Sequence record: NC_061451.1
Reading direction: 5' to 3' (one strand)
DNA length: 64,000 nt
The notes under the pieces were generated by a model that was not told the DNA's origin, made no database searches, and saw nothing but the letters and a program-made list of their open reading frames with translations. Shown in pieces: positions 37,754 to 47,098 of the stretch (position 1 is its first letter; every line of letters starts with the position of its first letter). A program made the translations under genes and the position numbers.

Positions 37754-38419
37754 TTAAACAGTTACTTTACCTTTTGCTTTAGTCTTGGCAGCTTTCTTAG
37801 CGCCAGTCTTCTGAGCAGCGGTACCTTTGTGGTGAACAGCTTTAGCAGTAGTCTGCTTGCCACCTTTCAGACGCGGTAACGGCTTAAGGGTAGGCTTCTT
37901 CAGGGTAACTGCCTTCGGCGCCACTTTCGGAGTCACGATCTTACCGGCCTTGATGGTCGGCTTGTTCGCTTTACGCGCGGCCAGACGAGCTTTCTGTTTC
38001 GCGATCAGGTTGCTGTAACCAGCTTTCTGTTTCGCGGCCAGGTTGCTACGTGCAACTTTCTGACGGGCCAGCAGCAGTTTACGCACACGGCTCTGAGAAG
38101 CTTGGGTAGCTTTCAGACCTTTGGCGTATTTAGCCTGGCGCTCTTTCAGACGCTGCTCAATGCTTTTGCCTTTGGCGCGAGCTTTGGTTTTACGCAGGTG
38201 GGTAGCACGTTCACCGTCGAACTTTTTCTCAGCAGCGGTTTTCTTCGCAGCAGGCTTTTTAGCCGCAGCTTTTTTCGCTGTTGGAGTTTTGGTGCCAGCA
38301 GTTTTAGGCTTACGTGCAGTGGTTTTCTTCGCAGCAGGTTTTTTAGCAGCGGTTTTCTTGGCTTTAGATCCACCTTTAACCGGGTCGGTAGGTGAAGTCA
38401 GTTTGCGTTTTACGGCCAT
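37754..38419 (-). CDS. Histone H1-like Lys/Ala-rich DNA-binding protein
   Basis: KKTAAKKPAAKK repeats; extremely basic; monocistronic between ACTAATTT (38486-38493) and a terminator. Confidence 0.75.
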   Translation of the reverse strand: MAVKRKLTSPTDPVKGGSKAKKTAAKKPAAKKTTARKPKTAGTKTPTAKKAAAKKPAAKKTAAEKKFDGERATHLRKTKARAKGKSIEQRLKERQAKYAKGLKATQASQSRVRKLLLARQKVARSNLAAKQKAGYSNLIAKQKARLAARKANKPTIKAGKIVTPKVAPKAVTLKKPTLKPLPRLKGGKQTTAKAVHHKGTAAQKTGAKKAAKTKAKGKVTV

Positions 38420-38534
38420 GATTATATCCTCAAGTTACAATGAAACTTCGTCCTATGGACATTAAGTTTTGAAATCAGCAAGTAAAAATTAGTATAATCC
38501 CCGTAGGAATAAACAGGAAATTTCCTAAACATTT

Positions 38535-39614
38535 TTACTGTACTGTATATCCGATTTCAGACAACACCGCGTCCAATTCTTTCCGTGCTCGCACACGCAA
38601 AGACTTTTTAATTCCCGATGCCTTAAGGTAATCCTTTAGGCCATCACGTGGGTCGATATCCGCAAGCGCCAACTCACTAACATCAACTGTATCTATATTA
38701 TCGAGATCGACACGTTTATTCGTGGAATTTATTTGGGAAATGTTAGGCACGCGTGTGCGTATGTCTGCTGGGATAGAGACTTCTTCTTTCACTATAACTC
38801 GATAACGAATAGCAGAGTTGGCTTCGAGACGCGACCAATCCTTTTGAGTTTCAATCAATACTGTTTCCAGTCTAAAGCCAGGCTTGCTGTCAACAAACTT
38901 CTGCTTGACCACCAGCTCTTTGTTCTTGTACTGCGCCTTGAAGTGAATGAAACCTTTAGGCAGGGACTCGCCGAATGTCTTTTGATACGGTGCACCGCAG
39001 TACGTGAAGCGTTTCTTCTCCAGCACTTGATGCAAATGGATGTGCCCACTGATCGTGTAGTCGCGTGGGTCAACCTTAATGTCGTGCTTAGCTTTGAGAG
39101 GACGACCGTTATCGCCCAGCGCACCAACAGCTTCAACGTGACAGAAGTTAAGACACGGCTTCTTGTGCTTGATGCTTTCCTTTGCAGGGTGCGGCAGGAA
39201 GTTAACAACGATGCCGTCAATCTCAACCTGTTCTGGTCTGAGGTAGATGTGCAGCGACTTGAGGAACGACCACTCACAGAATGTTTTAATCAGGTCCATG
39301 CTGGTGGTTGTCATGTCCGCCCAGTCATGGTTGCCGCCACAGTAATGACTTTCAATGATACCGTCATACTTGAGGAAGTGCTGCATCAATCTGCGCTTAG
39401 TCTCATCGTCCATGCGGAACTTATCAGTAATGTCGCCTGGGATAAAGATGTGTTTGATGCCGTGCTCAAGGGCATACTGGTAGATGCGATCAATTGTTTC
39501 GAGTTGACGGTCAACGTGATCTTGTGGGAAGTGATTCGATAAACCTTCCAAGTGCCAGTCAGCGGTTGCAAGTGCTTCAATGAACGCAGTGGCGATCTTA
39601 CTCTTTTTCATCAT
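38535..39614 (-). CDS. sbcD: SbcD/Mre11-like metallophosphoesterase nuclease
   Basis: ADWHL, PGDITD, GGNHD, FCH, SGHIH motifs. Confidence 0.9.
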   Translation of the reverse strand: MMKKSKIATAFIEALATADWHLEGLSNHFPQDHVDRQLETIDRIYQYALEHGIKHIFIPGDITDKFRMDDETKRRLMQHFLKYDGIIESHYCGGNHDWADMTTTSMDLIKTFCEWSFLKSLHIYLRPEQVEIDGIVVNFLPHPAKESIKHKKPCLNFCHVEAVGALGDNGRPLKAKHDIKVDPRDYTISGHIHLHQVLEKKRFTYCGAPYQKTFGESLPKGFIHFKAQYKNKELVVKQKFVDSKPGFRLETVLIETQKDWSRLEANSAIRYRVIVKEEVSIPADIRTRVPNISQINSTNKRVDLDNIDTVDVSELALADIDPRDGLKDYLKASGIKKSLRVRARKELDAVLSEIGYTVQ

Positions 39615-39641
39615 TCTGTTCCATACGTTTTAGTGTAAGCT

Positions 39642-39649
39642 ATTTACAG
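39642..39649 (-). promoter_or_regulatory. Putative middle promoter (CTGTAAAT)
   Basis: 28 nt upstream of the sbcD ATG, immediately after a terminator hairpin. Confidence 0.55.
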
Positions 39650-39652
39650 AAT

Positions 39653-39673
39653 AAAGGGCAGCCGAAGCCGCCC
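39653..39673 (-). terminator. Intrinsic terminator with UUCG loop
   Basis: GGGCGGC-TTCG-GCTGCCC-TTT; a second hairpin at 39711-39733. Confidence 0.75.
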
Positions 39674-39735
39674 AATGTTGGTCAGATGATAAAAATTATT
39701 GTACAAATAGAAAACGCCCCGTTAGGAGCGTTTGC

Positions 39736-40506
39736 CTATAGATCAGTATAGGAGCGAGTGAAGTACGACTGTACCATAGGCCGAGTACCTGCAATCAAGT
39801 TTTGACCGAAGAATATATCGTCAGCACTGAATCGAAACAGTCGATTGTTAAACACGCATTCATACTTGAAGGGATTTCGTGGCGTATCGTTTTCTGTCGT
39901 GTCCAAATACAGAATCATGTCGGAATCATCATAGCTGGTGTAGCTGTATGATGAGGCATTGATAGTCATAGACTCACAGCGAATGTAACGGAAGGTGGGC
40001 GGGTTATCCACGAAGTTATAGGTGTCTAGTTCGACCTTACCTACTCGCGCAACACGAAAACTATTATTGGCATCCGTTACCATCAATGCGCTAATAGTCA
40101 GAGAAGGCGACTGGGCCCCTGTACGAACATGCGTGCGCCCGTAAAACATCCGACTGCGTAACGTTGTATCGTTAGAAAAGAAAATTGTATTGCACGGAGT
40201 CCATGCAAGCGCAGTCACCTCTTGACCTAGAGAACAACCTCCAGCCAGAGTAGTGCCCGTGTGGATGTTGCTTGCGTTAGGCGTAGCAGTGTATGCCCAC
40301 TTTAGGTTTGACGCAAAGCGCTTGGACGCGGCCACACCACTAACAGTATTAGCCTGACCATTTATGCCAAGCGTGAACAGCGATTTGTTTACGACGTCTA
40401 ACGGCGAAGCCACGTTGTCAAGCAGTGAGGTCTGATCGTCAAACGCAAACACTTGAGGACACAGCTTGTCGAATATACCGTAATTGGTTAGATGATATTG
40501 CATCAT
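39736..40506 (-). CDS. Hypothetical protein
   Basis: 256 aa, Ser/Thr/Asn-rich, beta-rich. Confidence 0.7.
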   Translation of the reverse strand: MMQYHLTNYGIFDKLCPQVFAFDDQTSLLDNVASPLDVVNKSLFTLGINGQANTVSGVAASKRFASNLKWAYTATPNASNIHTGTTLAGGCSLGQEVTALAWTPCNTIFFSNDTTLRSRMFYGRTHVRTGAQSPSLTISALMVTDANNSFRVARVGKVELDTYNFVDNPPTFRYIRCESMTINASSYSYTSYDDSDMILYLDTTENDTPRNPFKYECVFNNRLFRFSADDIFFGQNLIAGTRPMVQSYFTRSYTDL

Positions 40507-41015
40507 GACCTCTCTTTAAATCTCAGCCAGTCATTCCACCAGTAATCAACAGGAATGGATTTGCGTAGCGCATAGTCAATGCAGTTCTGAGTTCCTGAAG
40601 GAGCACCACAGCACAATGATGCAAGTCTGTCTGTGTTATCTACCATGAAGTGATTGCGCTTGTTCAACGCGAACCCTACATTGCCGTCCATGTGAAGCAC
40701 ATCTTCTTTCGAGCTGACTATGTGGACTTCGTGGCTTTTGTTCAGCAGCACATCGAGATCCCAAACGCTCTCAGTAGGCCAGCGTTCATTGAAGCCTAAA
40801 TAAGGAATGCAAGACACGATGCGGTGACCCTGAGCAAGACCAGCAGCAGCGACAGCTTGGTCGAAGCCTAACGCACAGCCTACCCAGAGCTCCACATCTG
40901 TGTCTATCTTTAACAACTGACGATGGGCGAACTTATAGAGGCGTTGCTTTGCCTCAGAACCGTACCCACCTAAATACTGTGGACGGTGACCAGTGAATGA
41001 AAGTTTCATGATCAC
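40503..41015 (-). CDS. YspA-like SLOG-superfamily protein (DUF1273-like)
   Basis: SFTGHRP, GCALGFDQ, IPY.G..ERWP, RNHFMVD, SGT.NC..YA. Confidence 0.82.
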   Translation of the reverse strand: MIMKLSFTGHRPQYLGGYGSEAKQRLYKFAHRQLLKIDTDVELWVGCALGFDQAVAAAGLAQGHRIVSCIPYLGFNERWPTESVWDLDVLLNKSHEVHIVSSKEDVLHMDGNVGFALNKRNHFMVDNTDRLASLCCGAPSGTQNCIDYALRKSIPVDYWWNDWLRFKERS

Positions 41016-41018
41016 TAT

Positions 41019-41843
41019 TTACAGTTGTATTGTGGCTCTACTGCGTATCGAAAGTGAAGGCTTTGTGCCCGGTGCTACAGGCAAATTGATCTGATCGCTT
41101 ACTACCAGTTCGTCTTTGAGTTTGACGATCACCTTTAGTGCTGGAGAGTACATGATGCCCAAGTCCAGTATAGGCTTTTCGTCCTCAGGCACGAAATTGC
41201 CTGTCAGCCAAGAGATGCAGTTAGAGTTTATCAGAGCGGCACGTCCACCGTAGCCAGGACGTTCGTGGCCGTAAGAGGCTTGACCTCGCATGATAAGCAG
41301 CTCAGGCAGAACTGGACCAAATGAATATTTGGGATTGTCGTAGCGATAGGTTTCGTAAGAGGCAGTGTTGCCTAGCGTGTATATGTCAGGGCCTGTGATA
41401 GTATTCATTCGAGCAACGAATGTGTAGGAGTAACCGCCACCATATGCGCCATAGCAACCGAACATAGGCATAGACATTGCAACTGTTGAGTCACGCGCAA
41501 CCTCAGGAAAAACAGTAGCCAAAGAGTTTGTGTTTTGGTGAGCTACACCCATAACAGTATCTGCACCAACGTTATACGAACCTATCACAGGGTTCGTTAT
41601 CATGTCACTGAATTTTGTTCGGCGGGTATTGAACATGAAATTGGTCATATAGTAGTTGTTGCCTAGTTGGCCTACAACGCCATTGACGAATGTTCTGCCT
41701 GCAATGCCTCGTGCTTTGGGCGTCAGTGCAACTATCTGATCAGGTGACTCTATCTCATCGATGTTGATTGCATCGCGTGAGTCAAACATTACCAGCTCAC
41801 CAAATTGTTCGAATGTAGTATTTGCTTGCGCTAGATATAGCAT
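41019..41843 (-). CDS. Hypothetical protein
   Basis: 274 aa; AAGGA RBS. Confidence 0.7.
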   Translation of the reverse strand: MLYLAQANTTFEQFGELVMFDSRDAINIDEIESPDQIVALTPKARGIAGRTFVNGVVGQLGNNYYMTNFMFNTRRTKFSDMITNPVIGSYNVGADTVMGVAHQNTNSLATVFPEVARDSTVAMSMPMFGCYGAYGGGYSYTFVARMNTITGPDIYTLGNTASYETYRYDNPKYSFGPVLPELLIMRGQASYGHERPGYGGRAALINSNCISWLTGNFVPEDEKPILDLGIMYSPALKVIVKLKDELVVSDQINLPVAPGTKPSLSIRSRATIQL

Positions 41844-41943
41844 ACAAAATTCCTTAGAGGCAGGTCAGAGCAAACGTGGAACGCTTACTTGCTGAACTTT
41901 GGAGGGAGTTAGGCACAGAGCACTTCCATGTGCTCACCTACTG

Positions 41944-42309
41944 TTACGCGATGACTGTGATCTCGTGGTCTTTAGACGCCCACACTTTCTCACGGATGTT
42001 ACGAGGCATAACGATGCAACCGTTAGACGCTGTGCCTGGTGCTTTGATGCTATCGCCATGCATCTGGAAAGACGCACGACCAAACATCTCATTGTCCTTG
42101 TGCGGCACTAAGTCCATAATGTACGGACCAGTCTTCTGGCTAGTGCGTGGAGGGCTGCACGTATAAGTACCCTGGGGCAATGGGCCTTCATTCTTGACTG
42201 CTTGCGACTGAGGGTCATTCTTGTGAGCACCCAGACCAGCATAACCACGAGCCACCAGCTGGTGGTTGGCGTCAAACAATTCGCCTGTACTCTGTTTATA
42301 AGTCCACAT
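41944..42309 (-). CDS. Tlde1/DUF2778-like L,D-transpeptidase-fold peptidoglycan enzyme
   Basis: W.Y.QSTG, GYAG.G...NDP, GPLP.G.Y, GR..F.MHGD.....G.ASNGCI (His...Cys catalytic motif). Confidence 0.82.
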   Translation of the reverse strand: MWTYKQSTGELFDANHQLVARGYAGLGAHKNDPQSQAVKNEGPLPQGTYTCSPPRTSQKTGPYIMDLVPHKDNEMFGRASFQMHGDSIKAPGTASNGCIVMPRNIREKVWASKDHEITVIA

Positions 42310-42330
42310 AAGATTCTCCTGAGAAATGAG

Positions 42331-42351
42331 AAAGCCCCAATTAAGGGGCTT
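42331..42351 (-). terminator. Hairpin terminator
   Basis: AAGCCCC-TTAATT-GGGGCTTT. Confidence 0.7.
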
Positions 42352-42355
42352 GTGA

Positions 42356-43477
42356 TTAATGCCAAGAATTTTGAGCAGCCATGCGGTCTACTTTCTTAAA
42401 CTTCTGCAATTTCTTGATCGATGTTTCAAGAGCTTTGCGGGCGCTTGCGTAAGGTGCACCTGGATTAGAGCCACCGCCATTGCCACCGAAGTTAGCATAA
42501 CTATTCCATTTGCCTGTCTTACTATCCTTGCTCATACGGTAGCTTGCTGTGCCGAGTTTGTACTCAATGCTGTTCGCTTTAACCACGAACTTACCTTTCG
42601 ACACGCCACCTTTCTCGATCAAGTTCTTAACGATGTTCTTGACTTCTTTCGAAGCTGGCCAGTGGTCATGAGCTTGGATAGTTACCTTGGTACCCGGTAC
42701 TTTCTTAGTGCTATAACTGTCGAGAACAGTTTTACCAAGCATTGGCTTATCTTTAGACGGATCGCCAGCCATTGCGTCATCTAAAGAACTGGCTTTGGGC
42801 TTACCCAGAAGTTTTTCTGCACGATCAGCTTTGATTGCACGTTTCTTCTCTGGTGAATAAGCACCGCCGCCTACAAGATCTTTACGCTTCTTAGTAGAGG
42901 CTTTCGCAACAGGAGCTTTCTTCGCTGCTTTGGTCACAGTCTTACTACCCAGCGCATCGAACTTAGCAGAAGCCAGGAACTTAGGCTTGAACTGACCGCG
43001 CTTGCCAGTAACGCCGAACTCGTTCAGCTTGGCAGTACGCAATGCAGCTAATACCTTAGGAGCTTTTTCAGTAATGCCCTGAAGAGAAGTTGAGGTCAGT
43101 CCCATCTTCAAGCCAGACAGTCCGTGCTTACGCGCATAAGACGCAGACTCTTTCAGATGCAGCTTGGCTTCTTTGAGTGCGGCGCTGCCTTTAGCTTTAT
43201 AGTCAGCAGCTTTGGCAGAAGCGCGAGATTTTGCATCACCGGTCAGCGTTTTGACTTTAGCGCGGGCCTTGCTCCACGCATCGATGTTACGCGCAGCACT
43301 AACGCCAGCAGTCTTAGCTTTCTTCAAATGACCGAGGATGGTCGTCAGTTCTGCTTTCTTCTCTGAGTTAATAACCAGAGTAGCAACGCCATTCACCTTA
43401 GCGATTTTGTAGCTAGGCTTTTTAGCAGCAGACTCAGACACAACGTGATCTGCAAGATTGATTTTAATGAGTGACAT
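42356..43477 (-). CDS. Lys/Ala-rich putative internal head protein
   Basis: MSLIKINLADHVVSESAAKK; N-terminal domain paralogous to 43488..44489. Confidence 0.65.
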   Translation of the reverse strand: MSLIKINLADHVVSESAAKKPSYKIAKVNGVATLVINSEKKAELTTILGHLKKAKTAGVSAARNIDAWSKARAKVKTLTGDAKSRASAKAADYKAKGSAALKEAKLHLKESASYARKHGLSGLKMGLTSTSLQGITEKAPKVLAALRTAKLNEFGVTGKRGQFKPKFLASAKFDALGSKTVTKAAKKAPVAKASTKKRKDLVGGGAYSPEKKRAIKADRAEKLLGKPKASSLDDAMAGDPSKDKPMLGKTVLDSYSTKKVPGTKVTIQAHDHWPASKEVKNIVKNLIEKGGVSKGKFVVKANSIEYKLGTASYRMSKDSKTGKWNSYANFGGNGGGSNPGAPYASARKALETSIKKLQKFKKVDRMAAQNSWH

Positions 43478-43487
43478 AGAGATGACC

Positions 43488-44489
43488 TTATGCGTTGTAT
43501 TGAGTCAATGGCCGTGGCTTACGCTTCGGCAAACGTTTTGTTTTTATACCAGCAGCTTTATCTGAGGCGCGTTTATCTTCGCGTGCAGAGATGCCAACTG
43601 TTTGTGACAGGTAGCTGGTCAATGAAGCCTTAGACAAGGTTTCTTTGCGCTTGCCTGAGTCAACAACATATGAATTGCCCGAAGCGTGCGTGATCTTGAG
43701 CTTGAGCTTACCATTATCATAATGGATGTTGCCGTCAGCATCACCGTACAGTTTGGCAGACGCAGCTTTTTCCTGATACTTCTCCAGCTTGTCGATAATG
43801 CTACGCAGAGCGCTACTGCTTTTGTAGATATTGTTCAGATGCTTCTTACCTTCGTCCACTTTAGGCGCGGCAGCTTTCTTCGTCACAGGCTTTGTAACTA
43901 AACGCTTGGTAGTTTTCACAGCAGGTGCTTTACCCGAAGCTGCGATCTTCTCACCAATCTTATCGAACTTATCACCAGTAGCATATCGAGGCTTCAAAGG
44001 TACTGTGCGATGTGCACCGTCTTTTGCACGGAAACTATCAGGCTTCGCTTTACTGATCTTGCCTAACGTATAGGTCGGGTCAGTTTGTGTGATATACGAC
44101 GCTTTGATGGACAGGTCGAGCGCACTCAAGCCAGCTTTCTTCAAAAGATCAGCAGCAGCTTTAGCAAGTGCTTTGGCTTCTGTTACACCGTGCTTGATAG
44201 CTGCTTTGTTATCACTAATCTTTTCACGAATAGGCGCTTTCTTTGCAGGGGTCTGAGCCTGACTTAGCTTGAGTTTCAATTTCTCAGTAGCAACACCAAG
44301 CTTTGCCGCAGACACACCGAGAGTTTTGGCCTTCTTGAGATTAGCAACGGCCTTCGTAACAGCGGACTTGTGTTTGCTGTCAATTACGAGGGCCTGTGCA
44401 CCGCCGATAGGAACGAGATGATAAGCTGGCTTGGCTTTGGCCGATTCAGATACTGCAAACTCCGCCAAATTGATTTTGATAAGTGACAT
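43488..44489 (-). CDS. Lys/Ala-rich putative internal head protein
   Basis: MSLIKINLAEFAVSESAKAK; shares KP.Y...LVI.S..K...LKKAK..GVSAA with its neighbour. Confidence 0.65.
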   Translation of the reverse strand: MSLIKINLAEFAVSESAKAKPAYHLVPIGGAQALVIDSKHKSAVTKAVANLKKAKTLGVSAAKLGVATEKLKLKLSQAQTPAKKAPIREKISDNKAAIKHGVTEAKALAKAAADLLKKAGLSALDLSIKASYITQTDPTYTLGKISKAKPDSFRAKDGAHRTVPLKPRYATGDKFDKIGEKIAASGKAPAVKTTKRLVTKPVTKKAAAPKVDEGKKHLNNIYKSSSALRSIIDKLEKYQEKAASAKLYGDADGNIHYDNGKLKLKITHASGNSYVVDSGKRKETLSKASLTSYLSQTVGISAREDKRASDKAAGIKTKRLPKRKPRPLTQYNA

Positions 44490-44498
44490 AGCTGTTCC

Positions 44499-45095
44499 TT
44501 AGACTCTGCCGGTCATAGTAAATTCTTTGCCCGCAGAGTAATCTCCTAAGGCCGCATAAAGAGAATCACGCAACATCTTCTGAATGATATCCGAGTTATA
44601 CGCGGACGCGTCGCGGAAAGCGACTTCAACAGTTTCAGTGCGTGGGTTGATTACAGCATAACGTAGAGGAGCAATCTCCTGAGCGTCACACCACAGATCG
44701 ACAACGTGCTGTAGTCCAGGCGTCATCTGAATTTTGAAATCAGACAGCAGGAACACAGCACTTTGAATTGGCGGCGGAGCAGACTGAGAGACAACAGCAT
44801 TGTCTCCAAGTTTCTCCATAGCCATAGACGCATTGTACACTGAGGAGAATTTCGTTTTCAGTGCAGAGGTCTGTACTACCTTATAGCTATTCGATGAAAT
44901 GCCCTGACGGCGCAGCTTGGCGATACGCACAACGTAATCACCAGAATCGTCTGAGGCAAATGCAACGTAAGCGTAGCTCACGAAGCCAGGCTCCTCACTA
45001 AGCAGCTTGTGGTCGAGGGCACGAACACCCAAGACAGCACTAAGTGCCTGTAGGCCCATCTGAACTTCGCGGGACAGAGACACGTACATTTCCAT
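44499..45095 (-). CDS. Hypothetical protein with the shared N-terminal signal
   Basis: Likely start MEMYVSLSR at 45095; the longer track ORF overlaps the lysin. Confidence 0.6.
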   Translation of the reverse strand: MEMYVSLSREVQMGLQALSAVLGVRALDHKLLSEEPGFVSYAYVAFASDDSGDYVVRIAKLRRQGISSNSYKVVQTSALKTKFSSVYNASMAMEKLGDNAVVSQSAPPPIQSAVFLLSDFKIQMTPGLQHVVDLWCDAQEIAPLRYAVINPRTETVEVAFRDASAYNSDIIQKMLRDSLYAALGDYSAGKEFTMTGRV

Positions 45096-45102
45096 TAGCG
45101 AA

Positions 45103-45672
45103 TTATTTAACCCCCACGTGTTTAGCCAGATTGATAACGCGAGTAACCCAACCATACACGTTCTCTTCTTGGTCTTCTGACTTCTTCGCCAGATTAAGCA
45201 AGAATGCTTTACGCATGGAGTTGAAGCTATCTGTAAGTACAGAAATGTCACGCACCTTAGCGTACAGGCCTAAGGTCGATAACGTTTTAGGTCCGATGTT
45301 TGGTGCAGGCACAAAATCGGGATACAACTTCTGGCGATTGTTGAATACGTTCAGCAAGCCTTGAAGCTCCAGCGCAGCAGTACCCGCACCTGAGTTGACT
45401 GCATAGTCAAACACATAGATGGCGAGTTCTTCGCTGTACTTGGCAATGTCATCGCACTTGCACAAGTCCCAATAGTTCTTGGCATAGATCGCTTCTGCGG
45501 TTTCACGAGGCAATACTTTCATATCACCCTGATAACCATAAGCGCGAGCGACTGGCTGAGTGATACCCCAGCGAGTGGGGCCGCCACGGTCAGCAGCGCG
45601 ATTTGTGTAACGTTCGCCACCTTCTCTGTCGATAAGCTCTGAGGTAGCGCGAATAGCTAATTGACTAGGCAT
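45103..45672 (-). CDS. Glycoside hydrolase family 108 lysozyme (endolysin) with C-terminal PG-binding region
   Basis: REGG...ADRGGPTRWGIT, Y...YWD, FD.AVNSG, GW..R; start ATG 45672 with AAAGG RBS and GATAATTT at 45701-45708. Confidence 0.9.
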   Translation of the reverse strand: MPSQLAIRATSELIDREGGERYTNRAADRGGPTRWGITQPVARAYGYQGDMKVLPRETAEAIYAKNYWDLCKCDDIAKYSEELAIYVFDYAVNSGAGTAALELQGLLNVFNNRQKLYPDFVPAPNIGPKTLSTLGLYAKVRDISVLTDSFNSMRKAFLLNLAKKSEDQEENVYGWVTRVINLAKHVGVK

Positions 45673-45720
45673 GATATTTACCTTTACGAAGTGTACGAGA
45701 AAATTATCATAGGGAACGAC

Positions 45721-45740
45721 AAAAGGGGCCGAAGCCCCTT
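45721..45740 (-). terminator. Intrinsic terminator with UUCG loop
   Basis: AAGGGGC-TTCG-GCCCCTTTT. Confidence 0.8.
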
Positions 45741-46078
45741 CAGAATAGCCATCTAATTGAATAGCAGAACAAGCCTGACCAAAAACCAATATGAGCGCAG
45801 TATGCGTGTTGCATGAAACGTGATTGCACATACGGCTTTAGGAAGCAATCATACAGCGCACCATACATACCACCGAGTGCTGCGAACACTAGCATCGTAC
45901 AGGCAAGCTGCATCTGAGGCATATCTACGACAAAGATACCAACAAGGACGATCAGCACTTCAACGATTACCAGATGATAGATGTTCAGCGGTTTGGTGAA
46001 GCCTCCGCACACAAGAGGTCTGAGGTCAGCAGACGCAACCATCAAAAACAGGATTAGAAATTGATAGTCGATTGACAT
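45740..46078 (-). CDS. Small multi-pass membrane protein
   Basis: 112 aa with 3-4 hydrophobic segments. Confidence 0.65.
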   Translation of the reverse strand: MSIDYQFLILFLMVASADLRPLVCGGFTKPLNIYHLVIVEVLIVLVGIFVVDMPQMQLACTMLVFAALGGMYGALYDCFLKPYVQSRFMQHAYCAHIGFWSGLFCYSIRWLF

Positions 46079-46383
46079 GCGTGATCGACCTCATCGGTTG
46101 TGATGCGTTGTTGACGTCTGGCCTTGAGGGCGACTTGTGCCATCATACCGTTCTTGACCATTTGCTGCAACTCTTCCTCAGTCAGTGCGCTCATTGCCTG
46201 TTTGATATGACTAAGGTTAGCGAGGTCGCGAGGGTCGAAGTGGTCAGAATGTTTGTGGACGACAGCACTGCCAAGACGACCAACATCCATTCCTGCACAA
46301 CGATGCCAGACTTCATCCGCATCAGGGTCAGTCTGCACAAGCAGCGTGCCGTGACGCTCAACGTCATGAATGTTACGACTCAT
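46054..46383 (-). CDS. Hypothetical protein
   Basis: Likely start MSRNIHD at 46383 after GGGAG. Confidence 0.65.
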   Translation of the reverse strand: MSRNIHDVERHGTLLVQTDPDADEVWHRCAGMDVGRLGSAVVHKHSDHFDPRDLANLSHIKQAMSALTEEELQQMVKNGMMAQVALKARRQQRITTDEVDHACQSTINF

Positions 46384-46384
46384 A

Positions 46385-47098
46385 TCAAACTCCCTGATTA
46401 GCAACGTAGGTGTCGGTGATGTTCGCAGTCTTCTCAACGTTACCGCGAATGTAACCTATCTCAAACACCTGCACATTATGTTTGACCACAGCTTCACCGT
46501 CAGTCTCACACGCACCGCTATGAATGTCCAAGAAAGCCTGACACAATCGGTCAGTAACAGGCTTAGCTAAGATCTTCATCAGCGTATGCTTCTGGACAGC
46601 AGTCATCTTGATCGGCAGTGCATCAATCTCACGCTCGATAGACTTGCGCCCGCCACCGTACACCCAACGACAAATAGTGTTAGTGATTGGCTTCTGGTGC
46701 GTCTTGCTCGGCAGCTTATAGATGAATGTCATCAGGCTATAGAACAAGCTGCCATCGACTGCGCGTTTCTTCAAGTCATCAAGATAAGCACCGACAGGTG
46801 ACAGCTTACCTTTCTGAGGAACTAATTGGTCGAGCTTGAGATCAACATCAAGCCCGTATCGGTTAAGCACCTCAGAGTGACCGAACACAAAGACGATGTG
46901 CTCTGGCAGATCACGAATCGCAATCGCGTTGCGACTGTAATCACGCGAGCCTACAATGAAAATGTATTTGCGGTATTTCTTCGCTGGATTTAAGAACCCA
47001 TTGGACGGCACAAAGGTGACGCGCTGTGCTTCACCTTTCTTTTTAAGCCACCCCATCACCTGCTCTGGGCTCTGTCGCGTTACTGCAATTACTGGCAT
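46385..47098 (-). CDS. Hypothetical protein
   Basis: 237 aa; coupled to the sbcC stop. Confidence 0.75.
   Translation of the reverse strand: MPVIAVTRQSPEQVMGWLKKKGEAQRVTFVPSNGFLNPAKKYRKYIFIVGSRDYSRNAIAIRDLPEHIVFVFGHSEVLNRYGLDVDLKLDQLVPQKGKLSPVGAYLDDLKKRAVDGSLFYSLMTFIYKLPSKTHQKPITNTICRWVYGGGRKSIEREIDALPIKMTAVQKHTLMKILAKPVTDRLCQAFLDIHSGACETDGEAVVKHNVQVFEIGYIRGNVEKTANITDTYVANQGV

Noticed and set aside
41018-41025. CTGTAAAA here, and CTGTAAAT at 14094, as promoters
   Set aside because: Both coincide with Leu-stop (CTG TAA) gene ends and lie unusually close to the next start, so they were not listed as promoter features
45740-46078. Holin call for the membrane protein next to the lysin
   Set aside because: A terminator and a separate promoter motif lie between it and the lysin; hydrophobicity alone is insufficient
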